The translations under genes and the position numbers were made by a program. The notes beneath the pieces were generated by a model. The model saw only the letters and a list, made by a program, of their open reading frames with translations, had not been told where the DNA came from and ran no database searches. Shown here piece by piece: positions 8,904 through 18,627 of a stretch of 64,000 bases of DNA. Source of the stretch: Candidatus Poseidoniaceae archaeon (GTDB taxonomy: Archaea; Thermoplasmatota; Poseidoniia; Poseidoniales; Poseidoniaceae); NCBI GenBank assembly GCA_030747785.1, contig JASLKC010000007.1:13530-77529 (forward strand), given 5' to 3'. How positions within the stretch are numbered: the first letter of the stretch is position 1; every line of letters begins with the position of its first letter.

Positions 8904-11900
8904 ATGGCAGAGGGTGTATACACCAAACTCTCCGAGGGCCTACAGAAGGCCCTTGATGAGAGAGGTTGGTCACCTACGCCTGTACAAATCGCCTCTCAGG
9001 ACGATATTGCTGACGGATTGAATCGACTAGTAATTGCCCCTACGGGCTCCGGGAAAACAATGGCAGCAATGCTTCCATTACTCGATAGATGTATTCGACA
9101 AGATTGGAAAGGTATGTCAATACTCTACATCACTCCGTTGAGGGCCCTGAATCGCGATGTTGATAGGCGCTTAGAGGAAATTACCGCATCGGTAGGTCTC
9201 TCATTAGGGCTAAGACATGGTGATACTACTCAAAGCGAAAGGAGTCGCCAAGTCCGTAGCCCTCCAAATGTAATGATCACTACACCTGAAACATTCCAGT
9301 TGATGTTTACAGGTAAGAACCTAAGAGCAATGCTAACGGGCGTACAAGCAATCGTAATCGACGAAATCCATGATATGGCTGGGGGTGAGCGTGGCTGGCA
9401 ACTATCTATTGGAATCTCAAGACTTGAGGCGATGATTGGAAGAAAGGTCCAGAAAATCGGCCTATCCGCTACCGTAGGCAATCCTGATGCAGTTGCAGCA
9501 TGGATGAGTGAAGATGCTGTTGCAATAAAAGCAGTAGCACCAAGAGAAACTGAACTAAGTGTAGAAGCGGTACATCCACTTCCTGAAGATGAAGTAGGCT
9601 CGATGGAATTAGCAATCTCACCTCGAGCGCATTCTACCCTACGTGGGCTCGCACAGATAGTAAGAGATGACAACCCATGTCTGATATTTGTCAATTCGCG
9701 CAATAGCGCTGAAACTGTTTCACAGAGGCTCATGACACTCGCTCCGGATTTGAATATAGGAGTTCATCATGGTTCTCTAGCTGCTGAAACTAGGAAGATG
9801 ATGGAAGATGAACTACGTTCTGGAGAAATCCAAGGTCTGGTTTGCACCAGCAGTCTCGAACTTGGAATCGATGTAGGCAGTGTGAGTAGAGTGATTCAGA
9901 TTCGCTCTCCGCGTTCAGTGGATAGGATGCTCCAGCGCGTAGGTAGGGCAGACCACAGGCTTGGCGGTATCGGACGTGGAAATCTCATGGGTTGGGAAGC
10001 CGATGACCTTGCTGAGGCTGCAGTGATTGCCCGGAAAGCAATGGCAGGCGAGATTGAGCCGGTCGAATGGCGAGATAGACCACTTTGTGTCGCAGCAAAC
10101 CAATTGGTACTGATGGTACATTCCCATGGTGCTGTTTCGATTGATGAAGCGACTGAAATCATTGGAATGGCGAAGCAATTTGAAAACTGGAGTCGTGATG
10201 AGACCATTGCATTAGCCAAGGTACTAGCAGATGGATGGGTCATCAAAGCAGAAGAGGACCCTGCTGCAATCCCTTGGTATCGATGGCCACACGATGTCTG
10301 GGCAGCACTCGTAGCATCTAGCAAAGAACCCCTGCCTGAATTCCCCAAAATCAAACATGATGAAGAACCACCTAAAGGCCTTGAAAAACTCACCTTCACC
10401 GCTCCACCTCCTTTCAATAATGGTTGGATTAGCCGTAGTGGTAGAACTCGACAATGGGCGATGAATCACCTTTCAATGATACCAGATAAGCAATCGTACC
10501 GCGTTAGAGATGCTGTAAGTCGGAGGAGTCTTGGAAATGTTGACGAGGCGTTTGTCCTTTCACTGAATGACGGTGGCGAAGAGGCTGATGGTAGACAACG
10601 AAGATTTGTCATAGCGGGCCGAACTTGGGTGGTAGTCGATGCTGACCCTGAAAAATCTGAACTCCTAGTTGCACCAGTTTCCGACCAAGGCCATGCGCCA
10701 CAATGGGTAGGGGAACTTCCCCCAACTCCGGCAGAGGTGGCGCGTGAAATCGGCCGACTAAGACGATTGATCGCTATTGACCTCGGTTTGATGGAAGATG
10801 AAAGCGTCACTGAAATTGACCCCGCGGGTTTGCTTTCACAATCTACAGTTCTCGATGAGCATCCGCTTGATGGTGAAGCCAAGGGTATCCTTGCAGATAT
10901 GATTAGATCTCATCACGAAGCTACTGGAGTAATACCTTCTGAAAGAATGATTACTATCGAAAGTAGAGAGGATGCCCTGATTCTAAATTGCTGTCAGGGT
11001 TCAAGGATTAATGAAGCGCTAGGACATTACCTGCTAGCCATGGCTTCAACTCGCTCTGGACGCTGGGGGCGTCTGATAGTAGAGCCAACAAGAATCTCCC
11101 TCCAGGTTGGAGGAGTTAATCCCGCAGATTTGATTGAATGGTTAGTTGATACTCCTCCCGAAGCACTCGAGGGAGTTCTTTCTGTTACACTACCTAATTC
11201 ACGTGAAGTAAGATGGAGATTCGCCCAAGTGGCTAAGGTAATGGGTATCTTACGACATGGCGTTGACCCACGAAAAATCAACCTTCAAGCACTATTGAAA
11301 AAATATCGCGGAACTCCTGTAATGGAGGAAGTACTTGGCAAAATATTCCATGAAAGAATGGATATTGAAGGGGCTATGGATGTACTTAGGGCTTTGAAAT
11401 CAGGATTAATTGAAATTCTGATTACTTCAGCCGGTCCACTCGGAATTTCAAGTAAATCAGAGAAGGATTTGCTACTACCCAACTGGGATAATGACCAAGT
11501 CAGAGCAAAACTCGAAGGGCGTTTGATGAATGAAAGAGCGGTGACTTGTTGCCTAAAATGTCACACTGTACGTCGGTTCAGAGTTGCAAAATACCCCGAA
11601 CTTGATGGGATTAACCGATGTATAAGATGCGGAGGTCAGATGCTTGCTGTAGCCCGCGAAGGCATGGAGAAAATGCTGGTTGATTGGGTTAAATCAGATG
11701 ATGAAAGCGATCGTAATAGAATGCAAAAGAATGCACTTGCAGTTTCCAATCGCGGGCATGAAGCAGTTATCGCCTTAATGGGGCGAGGTGTTGGTGAAGC
11801 AACTTGTCAAAGACTGATGCGTAAAGTCCAGAGAGGAGACCGAGAAGGTCTTCTTGAGGCGATTCACATTGCAGAAATCGAATATGCGAGAACCCGAAGA

Positions 11901-11912
11901 TTCTGGGCTTAG
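8904..11912 (+). CDS. lhr: Lhr-type DEAD/DEAH-box ATP-dependent helicase
   Basis: 1002 aa. Walker A is APTGSGKT and the helicase box is DEIH. The long Lhr-like C-terminal region carries a CxxC...CxxC zinc ribbon. Confidence 0.8.
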   Translation: MAEGVYTKLSEGLQKALDERGWSPTPVQIASQDDIADGLNRLVIAPTGSGKTMAAMLPLLDRCIRQDWKGMSILYITPLRALNRDVDRRLEEITASVGLSLGLRHGDTTQSERSRQVRSPPNVMITTPETFQLMFTGKNLRAMLTGVQAIVIDEIHDMAGGERGWQLSIGISRLEAMIGRKVQKIGLSATVGNPDAVAAWMSEDAVAIKAVAPRETELSVEAVHPLPEDEVGSMELAISPRAHSTLRGLAQIVRDDNPCLIFVNSRNSAETVSQRLMTLAPDLNIGVHHGSLAAETRKMMEDELRSGEIQGLVCTSSLELGIDVGSVSRVIQIRSPRSVDRMLQRVGRADHRLGGIGRGNLMGWEADDLAEAAVIARKAMAGEIEPVEWRDRPLCVAANQLVLMVHSHGAVSIDEATEIIGMAKQFENWSRDETIALAKVLADGWVIKAEEDPAAIPWYRWPHDVWAALVASSKEPLPEFPKIKHDEEPPKGLEKLTFTAPPPFNNGWISRSGRTRQWAMNHLSMIPDKQSYRVRDAVSRRSLGNVDEAFVLSLNDGGEEADGRQRRFVIAGRTWVVVDADPEKSELLVAPVSDQGHAPQWVGELPPTPAEVAREIGRLRRLIAIDLGLMEDESVTEIDPAGLLSQSTVLDEHPLDGEAKGILADMIRSHHEATGVIPSERMITIESREDALILNCCQGSRINEALGHYLLAMASTRSGRWGRLIVEPTRISLQVGGVNPADLIEWLVDTPPEALEGVLSVTLPNSREVRWRFAQVAKVMGILRHGVDPRKINLQALLKKYRGTPVMEEVLGKIFHERMDIEGAMDVLRALKSGLIEILITSAGPLGISSKSEKDLLLPNWDNDQVRAKLEGRLMNERAVTCCLKCHTVRRFRVAKYPELDGINRCIRCGGQMLAVAREGMEKMLVDWVKSDDESDRNRMQKNALAVSNRGHEAVIALMGRGVGEATCQRLMRKVQRGDREGLLEAIHIAEIEYARTRRFWA

Positions 11913-12847
11913 ATTTCTATTTCATTGATGCGACGAGCGGCTTCTACTACATCGCCATCTTCCCACCAATCTACTGCGATGAATGTTGGACGCTTTCCAT
12001 GCAACTCAATACATTCAATTCCTCTTTCGACTAAGAAATCCGGATTGTTTGCCTGGTCTGCTCTATCGGGGTCAGATAGTCCCAAAGGGCCACTTAACCA
12101 GCTATTCATATGGAATACTGGCTGCTCTCCATCTCCTCTATGAACTTCACAATTCATATCAGAAGTTTCCTGTTCAGCATAATTTGTAGTCCATGAAAAA
12201 ATATTGAAATCGTGGAACCACGGATGTAATTCATCTACTGACTGTTCCCAGAATACGACAAGGCGAGTTTCAGATTCAATCAATTCCAGAAGTGTGGGCC
12301 ATGGCGTATTCAATTCATGTACATACATCCAATCGCTCAATCCTACATCATCAAATAGCAATTTGAGATGATCCGGTTCAACATCATTCTCAATGAGAAG
12401 AGTGACGATATCTCTGGGGGATGCTTCCATGTAAATTTTCATTTCCTCTAACCAATTCCATGGATTGACTTCGCCATATCTACAAGGTGAAAATCCACGA
12501 CTATCATCGCCATGGCAGAATGCAACATTGGAAGGATTGTTAGCGAATTGACTGGTATAATGAGTATCTAACATGAATGCTCTCATTCCTGCATTCCATT
12601 GAGCAGTAAGGCCGGTTTCATGATTGCTTGCAGGATAATAGATTCCATCTTGATGGGTGGAAAATGCATTGTGAGTTTCTGGAAATGTGACATTGTCATA
12701 TGTGCGGAGGCATAATTCCTTTGCACCATTACATGCCTCAAGTTCGACTACTTCTTCATCGACGATTGTGTCCACTGAAGTATCATCAGAAATACAACCG
12801 GGCACTATGAGAAGCAGCACGATTGCAAGCACTCTGAACTCACTCAT
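11909..12847 (-). CDS. Secreted or lipid-anchored PLC-like phosphodiesterase (PI-PLC X-domain-like)
   Basis: N-terminal signal with a lipobox-like VPGC. ETHNAFS and GMRAFMLDTHY resemble the PI-PLC X-domain-like family. The family call is by memory only. Confidence 0.45.
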   Translation of the reverse strand: MSEFRVLAIVLLLIVPGCISDDTSVDTIVDEEVVELEACNGAKELCLRTYDNVTFPETHNAFSTHQDGIYYPASNHETGLTAQWNAGMRAFMLDTHYTSQFANNPSNVAFCHGDDSRGFSPCRYGEVNPWNWLEEMKIYMEASPRDIVTLLIENDVEPDHLKLLFDDVGLSDWMYVHELNTPWPTLLELIESETRLVVFWEQSVDELHPWFHDFNIFSWTTNYAEQETSDMNCEVHRGDGEQPVFHMNSWLSGPLGLSDPDRADQANNPDFLVERGIECIELHGKRPTFIAVDWWEDGDVVEAARRINEIEI

Positions 12848-12886
12848 CGATGATTCGGAGTTAATAGTTGGTGTTCAATACACCGG

Positions 12887-13360
12887 TCACAAAGAACGAG
12901 GGTCTTGTGGGCCTTCAGTATGCTGAACTGTAATTCCATGAGTCTCAAGATAACCAACGCCGTTCTCTCCAGCAAATCCTCCTGAGACAATGATTACACG
13001 TTCGATACCGGAGTGGTGAATCAATTTTGCACACATCATACAGGGCTCACCAGTTACCAGCAACCATGCCCCGTTTGTTGGGACGCCATTTGCCGCAGAA
13101 TTGCATATGAGGTTCATTTCCGCATGGTGGCAACCAATTTCAACACGTGTCCCGGATTTGATATCCATAGTGTCGCGCAGGCATTCATCGCCACCACAAA
13201 GATTCCCTCCTCCGCGAGGGCCGCCATTGTAACCATCCATCAATACGACATTGCGCAAAGGGTCGACTAAAAGAGCGCCAAATTTGCGCCTAGGACAATT
13301 GCTAGCCTTTGAAAGAGCAAGACATTGCTCGATGCGAATTGACAGATGTTTGTCCTTCAT
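12887..13360 (-). CDS. dCMP (deoxycytidylate) deaminase
   Basis: CHHAEMN (HAE) and PCMMCAKLI (PCxxC) zinc-binding cytidine/deoxycytidylate deaminase motifs; 157 aa. Confidence 0.85.
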   Translation of the reverse strand: MKDKHLSIRIEQCLALSKASNCPRRKFGALLVDPLRNVVLMDGYNGGPRGGGNLCGGDECLRDTMDIKSGTRVEIGCHHAEMNLICNSAANGVPTNGAWLLVTGEPCMMCAKLIHHSGIERVIIVSGGFAGENGVGYLETHGITVQHTEGPQDPRSL

Positions 13361-13384
13361 CTTTTACATCGAAGAGGGTTGAGG

Positions 13385-14527
13385 TCATGAAAGTATGTCG
13401 AGATGATTATCACTATCTAATTCAAGTTCTGTCAAGATATTTCCACAAAGATAGAGTGAACCAATTACTACTACCATCTCAGTCGGTTCTTCGAAAGCGT
13501 CGAAAGCCTGTCCGGGATCAGGTATGTGTAATACTCCTGGAATTGGATTTTCAACGCCCGGATAACGACCACCCTGAGGCTCTGTTGTGATTATTTCAAC
13601 CGGTGGATGAGTCGAACATAAAGCGAACAAAGGCGCAAGCATAAATTCCATATTTTCTTGGGGTGAGGTTCCAAATAACAAACTCCAGCGCTCGGGAAGT
13701 ATGCTTGCAATTTCTGGCATTATTCTTTCCATGCCGCTCGGATTGTGAGCAGCATCCAATAATACAGAAACTTGGTCATTTATCAGTTGCATTCGTGCAG
13801 GCCAATTGATTGGACGACGAATAAATGGCATCCCCAATTCTTTACATAGGATTTCAGCTAAATCCCCCGCTTCATCGATAGCGGTTGAAGATTCGACCTG
13901 AACAAACCTAGCATTCACGGCTTCATCTCGCATTGCATTGCGAACTGAAGGGAGACCTGGGTCTCGAATTATCATTGCAACACCGGGGCGCCAAATCGCT
14001 GCTTTTTCGCGCGCTATTTCTTCCAATGTATTACCGAGTATTTCTGAATGCTCTAAACTAACAGATGTGACAAGGCATCCTGCAACATCTGCTGTTCTTG
14101 TTGCATCTAACCTTCCACCTAGACCCGTTTCAAGAACCATCACTTGCATTCCGGCATCCTTGCAAACCAATAATGAAACTAGATATGTAATTTCAAAAAA
14201 TGTCAGTTCTAATTCTAATTCCTTCACTTGCCGAAGGGCCTTATCAAAATCCTCAGATGATGCAGGCCGGCCATTGATTCGAACACGTTCCTCGACCCGA
14301 ACTACATGGGGTGAAGAAAACATTCCAACATCGTATCCTGCTCTACATAGGCCTGCAAGAATTTGTGCACATGCACTGCCTTTGCCATTTGAGCCTGCAA
14401 CATGAATACATGTCATTGCTCGGTCTGGTCTATCAAGCAATTCTAGAGCCTCTGAAACTCTCTCCAAACCAAGGGACATGCCCCTGCCTCGGCTCTCATC
14501 AAGCCATTCCCTCACAACGCTATCCAA
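13385..14527 (-). CDS. folC: Folylpolyglutamate synthase / dihydrofolate synthase (Mur-ligase family)
   Basis: HVAGSNGKGS P-loop and FolC-like N-terminus (LGLERV). The ORF begins with TTG, so the exact start is uncertain. Confidence 0.8.
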   Translation of the reverse strand: MDSVVREWLDESRGRGMSLGLERVSEALELLDRPDRAMTCIHVAGSNGKGSACAQILAGLCRAGYDVGMFSSPHVVRVEERVRINGRPASSEDFDKALRQVKELELELTFFEITYLVSLLVCKDAGMQVMVLETGLGGRLDATRTADVAGCLVTSVSLEHSEILGNTLEEIAREKAAIWRPGVAMIIRDPGLPSVRNAMRDEAVNARFVQVESSTAIDEAGDLAEILCKELGMPFIRRPINWPARMQLINDQVSVLLDAAHNPSGMERIMPEIASILPERWSLLFGTSPQENMEFMLAPLFALCSTHPPVEIITTEPQGGRYPGVENPIPGVLHIPDPGQAFDAFEEPTEMVVVIGSLYLCGNILTELELDSDNHLDILS

Positions 14528-14550
14528 TACGAGAGACTTGATTGCTCCTT

Positions 14551-14565
14551 CGCCCCGAAGGGGCG
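14551..14565. repeat. Perfect inverted repeat CGCCCC-GAA-GGGGCG in the divergent folC/protease spacer
   Basis: Read directly: 6-bp arms and a 3-nt loop, 11 nt upstream of ATG 14576. Confidence 0.8.
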
Positions 14566-14575
14566 TCTTCCTCCA

Positions 14576-16894
14576 ATGATTAGAAAACCATCCTCACACT
14601 CGGTGCAAAGCATGGGCGAGCCTGTACCGACTGACCATGTGAAACGCGTAGAGCGTGAACTGGCCAAAGAATCGAGCCTTCTCAACGTAATGATTGAGCA
14701 AGCACCAGGCATGCTTGGCATGGCGGTAATGTTTGTCGTCACTATCGCTCTTGGTGTGTGGCTGCGCCCCTTCTTTGATGCAGCTGGGCTACATGCATTT
14801 GGTGAAGCAGGAACCACTCAAGCACGCTATATTATTCTTGAACTGGGTATGATTTTTGTATTCACAGCATTGATTTTATGGCTTGCAAAAAATCACAAAG
14901 AATTATTCATCAAATATGGATTGATGGGGGTTCTATTCCTTGCACTGTGCTATACTACTGTGCCCGGAGCACATTTACTAATTATCGACATGGATGATCA
15001 AGTGCCATTTGTTTTTGAATCGAATGAATTGAGTGAAGAACATATTGTCGCCACTGTCGATGGGGGATGGATTTCAGAAGTATCTAACTGGGATAGTTAT
15101 CCCGAATATAATCACACTTTAGATCTGAATATGTATTATGGTGCCTCAAATGAACCTCTTTGGTCTACAACACTCGATGCTTGGCCAGGAGATCCAACTT
15201 CAGTCATTACTGAAGGACTGATGGGATATACTGTCACAAATGGTGCCTTTATTTGGACTCTCGACAAGGAAAGTGGAGAGATAATTTCCACATATCAGTG
15301 CTTCGAAGGAGAACCAAATACGTATCTAAATGACGATGGCGATTTAATCACTGAGAATTTCAGTTTAGCGATTCCAGATGGATGTTCAGCAGCATTCGAG
15401 GTAATCGAAGAACCAGAAGGTGAATTTGAACAGCCGAAGGGAGCACTATACATTGTTACCCAGAAAAATTCATTGGTTAGACAAAATACCTTCCACGGCA
15501 CGAACATTACTGCCCATCAAGCAGCATGGTCATTCCCACAACTCAACATTGATGGTGGGTCATTGATGCTAAAACAAATCGATACCAAACACATTTTGAT
15601 GACCTCGGCAAGTGGTTCTGTCATTATCACTCTCGAAAAATATGGTGATGATTTTACTAATTCAACTCGTGATGAATTAACTCTTGCCACTATTCTATGG
15701 TCCGTTTCTTCAGGGGATGAAGATACTTTTACTGCCACAACTTTCGGAGAAAGCCCCTTTGACGATGGTAATAACGACCTGCTCGTCATTGGAACTGAAT
15801 CTGGAGAGATTACTGCATATACTTGGGAAGAAGGACTGTATGATGGACTTGAAATGAAGGACCCCCCTCTAGAAAATGGTTCGATGAGTGTAGAAAGCGC
15901 CCTCAAGGTTGGCTCTTTCTATGATGGCCCAATTACTGCTTTCGGACTAAATGACCTCAATAATGATAGCCAAAAAGACCTCTGGATTGCCTCAGGCGAT
16001 GGTATTCACGGCCTATTCTTTGAGTCGATGATTGAATATGTCACCATTGACAAAGATACTGCAAATAGTACAATGATAATTGTCGAAAATTCAACGGTAC
16101 AACTCGTATCCAATAATGAGGGTTATTTCACTGAGAATGATAGTGGCGAGTGGGAATATACTGAAACCACAATTTCATTTGAAAGTGGGGAATTTACCAG
16201 TGAGATGTACAATAATATCGGTATTGAATGGTCATGGCTAGCATTCGGAATAGGATTCGGCCTTGCTGTCTTATTGATGGTACTCCTCTTCATTCGTCCG
16301 GAATGGTATGTAGTGAATACCGTAGGCGTACTCGTGGGCGCTGGAGTCATCGTAATGCTTGGTGTAACCTTTGTTCCAACCCTGATAATGATCTTCATGA
16401 TATTAGCAGCGATTTACGATGCGTGGGCCGTCTACCGCTCCAAGCACATGCTCGACCTAGCTGATACTATGATAGGGCTCAAACTTCCGATTCTACTGGT
16501 TGCTCCTCAAGAAAGAGGTTACTCTATGCTTGAGGAACAAGGTTCGATTCGCCCAGAAACCGCTTCTGCACAAGAGAATGTGCCAGTGCAAACTACACAG
16601 CCAAAGAAACGCAAGAAATCGAAAGAAGCCATGTTCATGGGCTTGGGCGATGTTATCTTCCCTGGAATGCTAGTGGTTTCTGCAGTTCAGTGGGTTACAA
16701 CTGGTGGATTGGAAGTCGGAATTGCAACAGTCGTGGGCGGTCTCGTCGGCTATCTTGCATTGATGATGTTCGTTGCTAGTGGTAGACCACAAGCAGGACT
16801 ACCTCTACTCAATGGTGGAGCAATTCTTGGCTACATCGTAGGCGGAATCCTATTTGCAGCAGGAACTGCATTTAATTTTGGAATATCGTTGTGA
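14576..16894 (+). CDS. Presenilin/signal-peptide-peptidase family (A22, GxGD) intramembrane aspartyl protease with a large ectodomain insert
   Basis: AAIYDAWAVY (YD motif), FMGLGDVIFPG (GxGD motif) and a PAL-like GLPLLNG lie in hydrophobic helices. A roughly 430-aa soluble insert sits after the third helix and carries two DxNxD FG-GAP-like loops. Confidence 0.7.
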   Translation: MIRKPSSHSVQSMGEPVPTDHVKRVERELAKESSLLNVMIEQAPGMLGMAVMFVVTIALGVWLRPFFDAAGLHAFGEAGTTQARYIILELGMIFVFTALILWLAKNHKELFIKYGLMGVLFLALCYTTVPGAHLLIIDMDDQVPFVFESNELSEEHIVATVDGGWISEVSNWDSYPEYNHTLDLNMYYGASNEPLWSTTLDAWPGDPTSVITEGLMGYTVTNGAFIWTLDKESGEIISTYQCFEGEPNTYLNDDGDLITENFSLAIPDGCSAAFEVIEEPEGEFEQPKGALYIVTQKNSLVRQNTFHGTNITAHQAAWSFPQLNIDGGSLMLKQIDTKHILMTSASGSVIITLEKYGDDFTNSTRDELTLATILWSVSSGDEDTFTATTFGESPFDDGNNDLLVIGTESGEITAYTWEEGLYDGLEMKDPPLENGSMSVESALKVGSFYDGPITAFGLNDLNNDSQKDLWIASGDGIHGLFFESMIEYVTIDKDTANSTMIIVENSTVQLVSNNEGYFTENDSGEWEYTETTISFESGEFTSEMYNNIGIEWSWLAFGIGFGLAVLLMVLLFIRPEWYVVNTVGVLVGAGVIVMLGVTFVPTLIMIFMILAAIYDAWAVYRSKHMLDLADTMIGLKLPILLVAPQERGYSMLEEQGSIRPETASAQENVPVQTTQPKKRKKSKEAMFMGLGDVIFPGMLVVSAVQWVTTGGLEVGIATVVGGLVGYLALMMFVASGRPQAGLPLLNGGAILGYIVGGILFAAGTAFNFGISL

Positions 16895-16902
16895 GGTGAT
16901 GT

Positions 16903-18189
16903 ATGATGTTGAGTATGGATCTATTCAGGAACCAAATCGATATTATTCGCGCAGACCATGATAAACGCGGTATTTCCCATGAAAGAATAGATGCAGTAAT
17001 CTCCCTCGATAATGATTGGAGGAATGCGCAAAAAGAGATGGAAGATGCTCGAAGAATGCGTAACCAAGCAGCACGTGGAATCGCCGATGCTAAGAAGAGC
17101 GGTGACGAAGCAGAAAGCAATCGAATTATGGCCGAGGTAAAGGACCTTGGAGATAGAATCGCTGCACTTGACGAGAAGGCAAAAACTCTACTTGAAGAAA
17201 GAGATACTATTCGGATGAGAATCCCAAATCTCCTCCATGATGCTGTTCCAGTTGGTGCTGATGAAGGAGGAAATACCCAACATTCCCTCCATGGTGAAAA
17301 ACCTGAATTCGACTTCGATACAAGAACCCACAACGACTTGATTGAAATGAATAAGTGGGTGGACCTAGAAAGGGCTGCAAAGATTGCTGGTAGCCGCTTC
17401 TTCTTCCTTAAGGGAGATTTGGCTCGTCTTGAATTAGCGCTACAAACCTATGCTGTAGACTTCATTACCAGTCGTGGATTTACATTCGTTCAACCGCCAG
17501 TCATGATGAATAGAAAGGCCTACGAAGGCGTTACTGACTTGAGTGACTTTGAGACGGTAATGTATGGTATTACACCTGACCCACTTTACATGATTGCAAC
17601 CAGTGAACATCCTCTGACTTCGATGTTCATGGATGAGGTTATCGAACCGAGTCTATTACCGATTAAAATCGTTGGAGTTAGTCCGTGCTTCCGCCGTGAA
17701 GTAGGAGCACATGGGTTATCGGATCGTGGAATTTGGCGAGTCCACCAATTTACGAAAATCGAACAAATTGTTATCTCACATCCTGATGATTCGTGGGACC
17801 ACCATGAAGAATTACTTCAGAACTGTATCGACCTTTGGGATAACTTAGGTCTTCACTACGAGGTTGTCAATATCTGTACAGGTGACATGGGTACCGTTGC
17901 TGCACGCAAATATGACCTTGAGGCTTGGCTTCCAGGTGCTGGCGCTTACAAAGAAATTGTATCCTGCTCAAATTGCACAGATTATCAGGCCAACCGCCTC
18001 AGTATGAGATTCCGAACTAGTGAAGGAAATGAAGCAGTACATACACTAAATTCCACTGCAGTAGCTACCAGTAGAGCACTCGTCGCCATAATGGAACAAA
18101 ACCAACTCGAAGATGGCCGTGTGCGCGTACCTGAATGCCTAGTTCCACTAATGGGTGGAAAGACAACTCTAGAGCCTTGCCAGTGGTGA
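16903..18189 (+). CDS. serS: Seryl-tRNA synthetase
   Basis: N-terminal coiled-coil arm, class II motifs (FRRE, TAVATSRALVAIME) and 428 aa. GGTGA sits upstream of the start. Confidence 0.9.
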   Translation: MMLSMDLFRNQIDIIRADHDKRGISHERIDAVISLDNDWRNAQKEMEDARRMRNQAARGIADAKKSGDEAESNRIMAEVKDLGDRIAALDEKAKTLLEERDTIRMRIPNLLHDAVPVGADEGGNTQHSLHGEKPEFDFDTRTHNDLIEMNKWVDLERAAKIAGSRFFFLKGDLARLELALQTYAVDFITSRGFTFVQPPVMMNRKAYEGVTDLSDFETVMYGITPDPLYMIATSEHPLTSMFMDEVIEPSLLPIKIVGVSPCFRREVGAHGLSDRGIWRVHQFTKIEQIVISHPDDSWDHHEELLQNCIDLWDNLGLHYEVVNICTGDMGTVAARKYDLEAWLPGAGAYKEIVSCSNCTDYQANRLSMRFRTSEGNEAVHTLNSTAVATSRALVAIMEQNQLEDGRVRVPECLVPLMGGKTTLEPCQW

Positions 18190-18201
18190 TTATTTGCGAG
18201 A

Positions 18202-18209
18202 TTTTTTTT
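18202..18209 (+). terminator. Oligo-T tract (T8), candidate archaeal terminator for serS
   Basis: TTTTTTTT lies 13 nt after the serS stop codon, and archaeal RNAP terminates at oligo-T. Confidence 0.5.
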
Positions 18210-18277
18210 CTCTGTTTGTCTATTTCGATAATACCGATGCCCCATTCCAAGGTATATGGGCACAATAAGGTGGTCAA

Positions 18278-18589
18278 ATGTTCTGTAGAGAATGTGGGAA
18301 AGAAGTCCAAAATCAATGGGCGAATTGCCCCTTCTGTACCGCAGTAATCTATCGCACTGATAATCTGCAGCCTTCACCAGAACCTGCCGCTCCAGTTATT
18401 CAGAACATGCCTCAATATTCTCCTCCAATTGAGCAGAATTACCAAAATCCATTTGTTGAACATCCAATTATTGACGATGGAAAACCCACAGGTGGATTCC
18501 CGTGGGGGCGTTTATTGGGAATTTTGGGAATTCTGCTATTTGTAATTGTCAAAATAGGTGCAAAGGCTGCAGTTCACAATAATTATTAA
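18278..18589 (+). CDS. Zinc-ribbon membrane protein
   Basis: N-terminal CRECG...CPFC zinc ribbon, a P/Q-rich linker and a C-terminal TM helix. AAGGTGG sits upstream of the ATG. Confidence 0.55.
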   Translation: MFCRECGKEVQNQWANCPFCTAVIYRTDNLQPSPEPAAPVIQNMPQYSPPIEQNYQNPFVEHPIIDDGKPTGGFPWGRLLGILGILLFVIVKIGAKAAVHNNY

Positions 18590-18627
18590 AGCGTACAAAT
18601 TATATCTAAGGGCCCGAATTGACACAC

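Noticed and set aside
10688-10702. A GGGGAAC-TTCCCC palindrome inside the helicase gene, and GACGC-TGGGG-GCGTC near 11045.
   Set aside because: They have the opposite polarity (G-arm first) or a different architecture from the intergenic CCCC-N3-GGGG family. They lie in coding DNA and have stems or loops too short to group with it.
9230-10882. Multiple 80-170-aa antisense ORFs inside the Lhr helicase gene.
   Set aside because: They are fully nested in a gene with clear helicase motifs, have S/A-rich low-information translations, and lack SD-like starts.
18238-18263. An imperfect inverted repeat GCCCCAT-N10-ATGGGC upstream of the first zinc-ribbon gene.
   Set aside because: It needs a bulged C and has a 10-nt loop, so it was not counted in the palindrome family.
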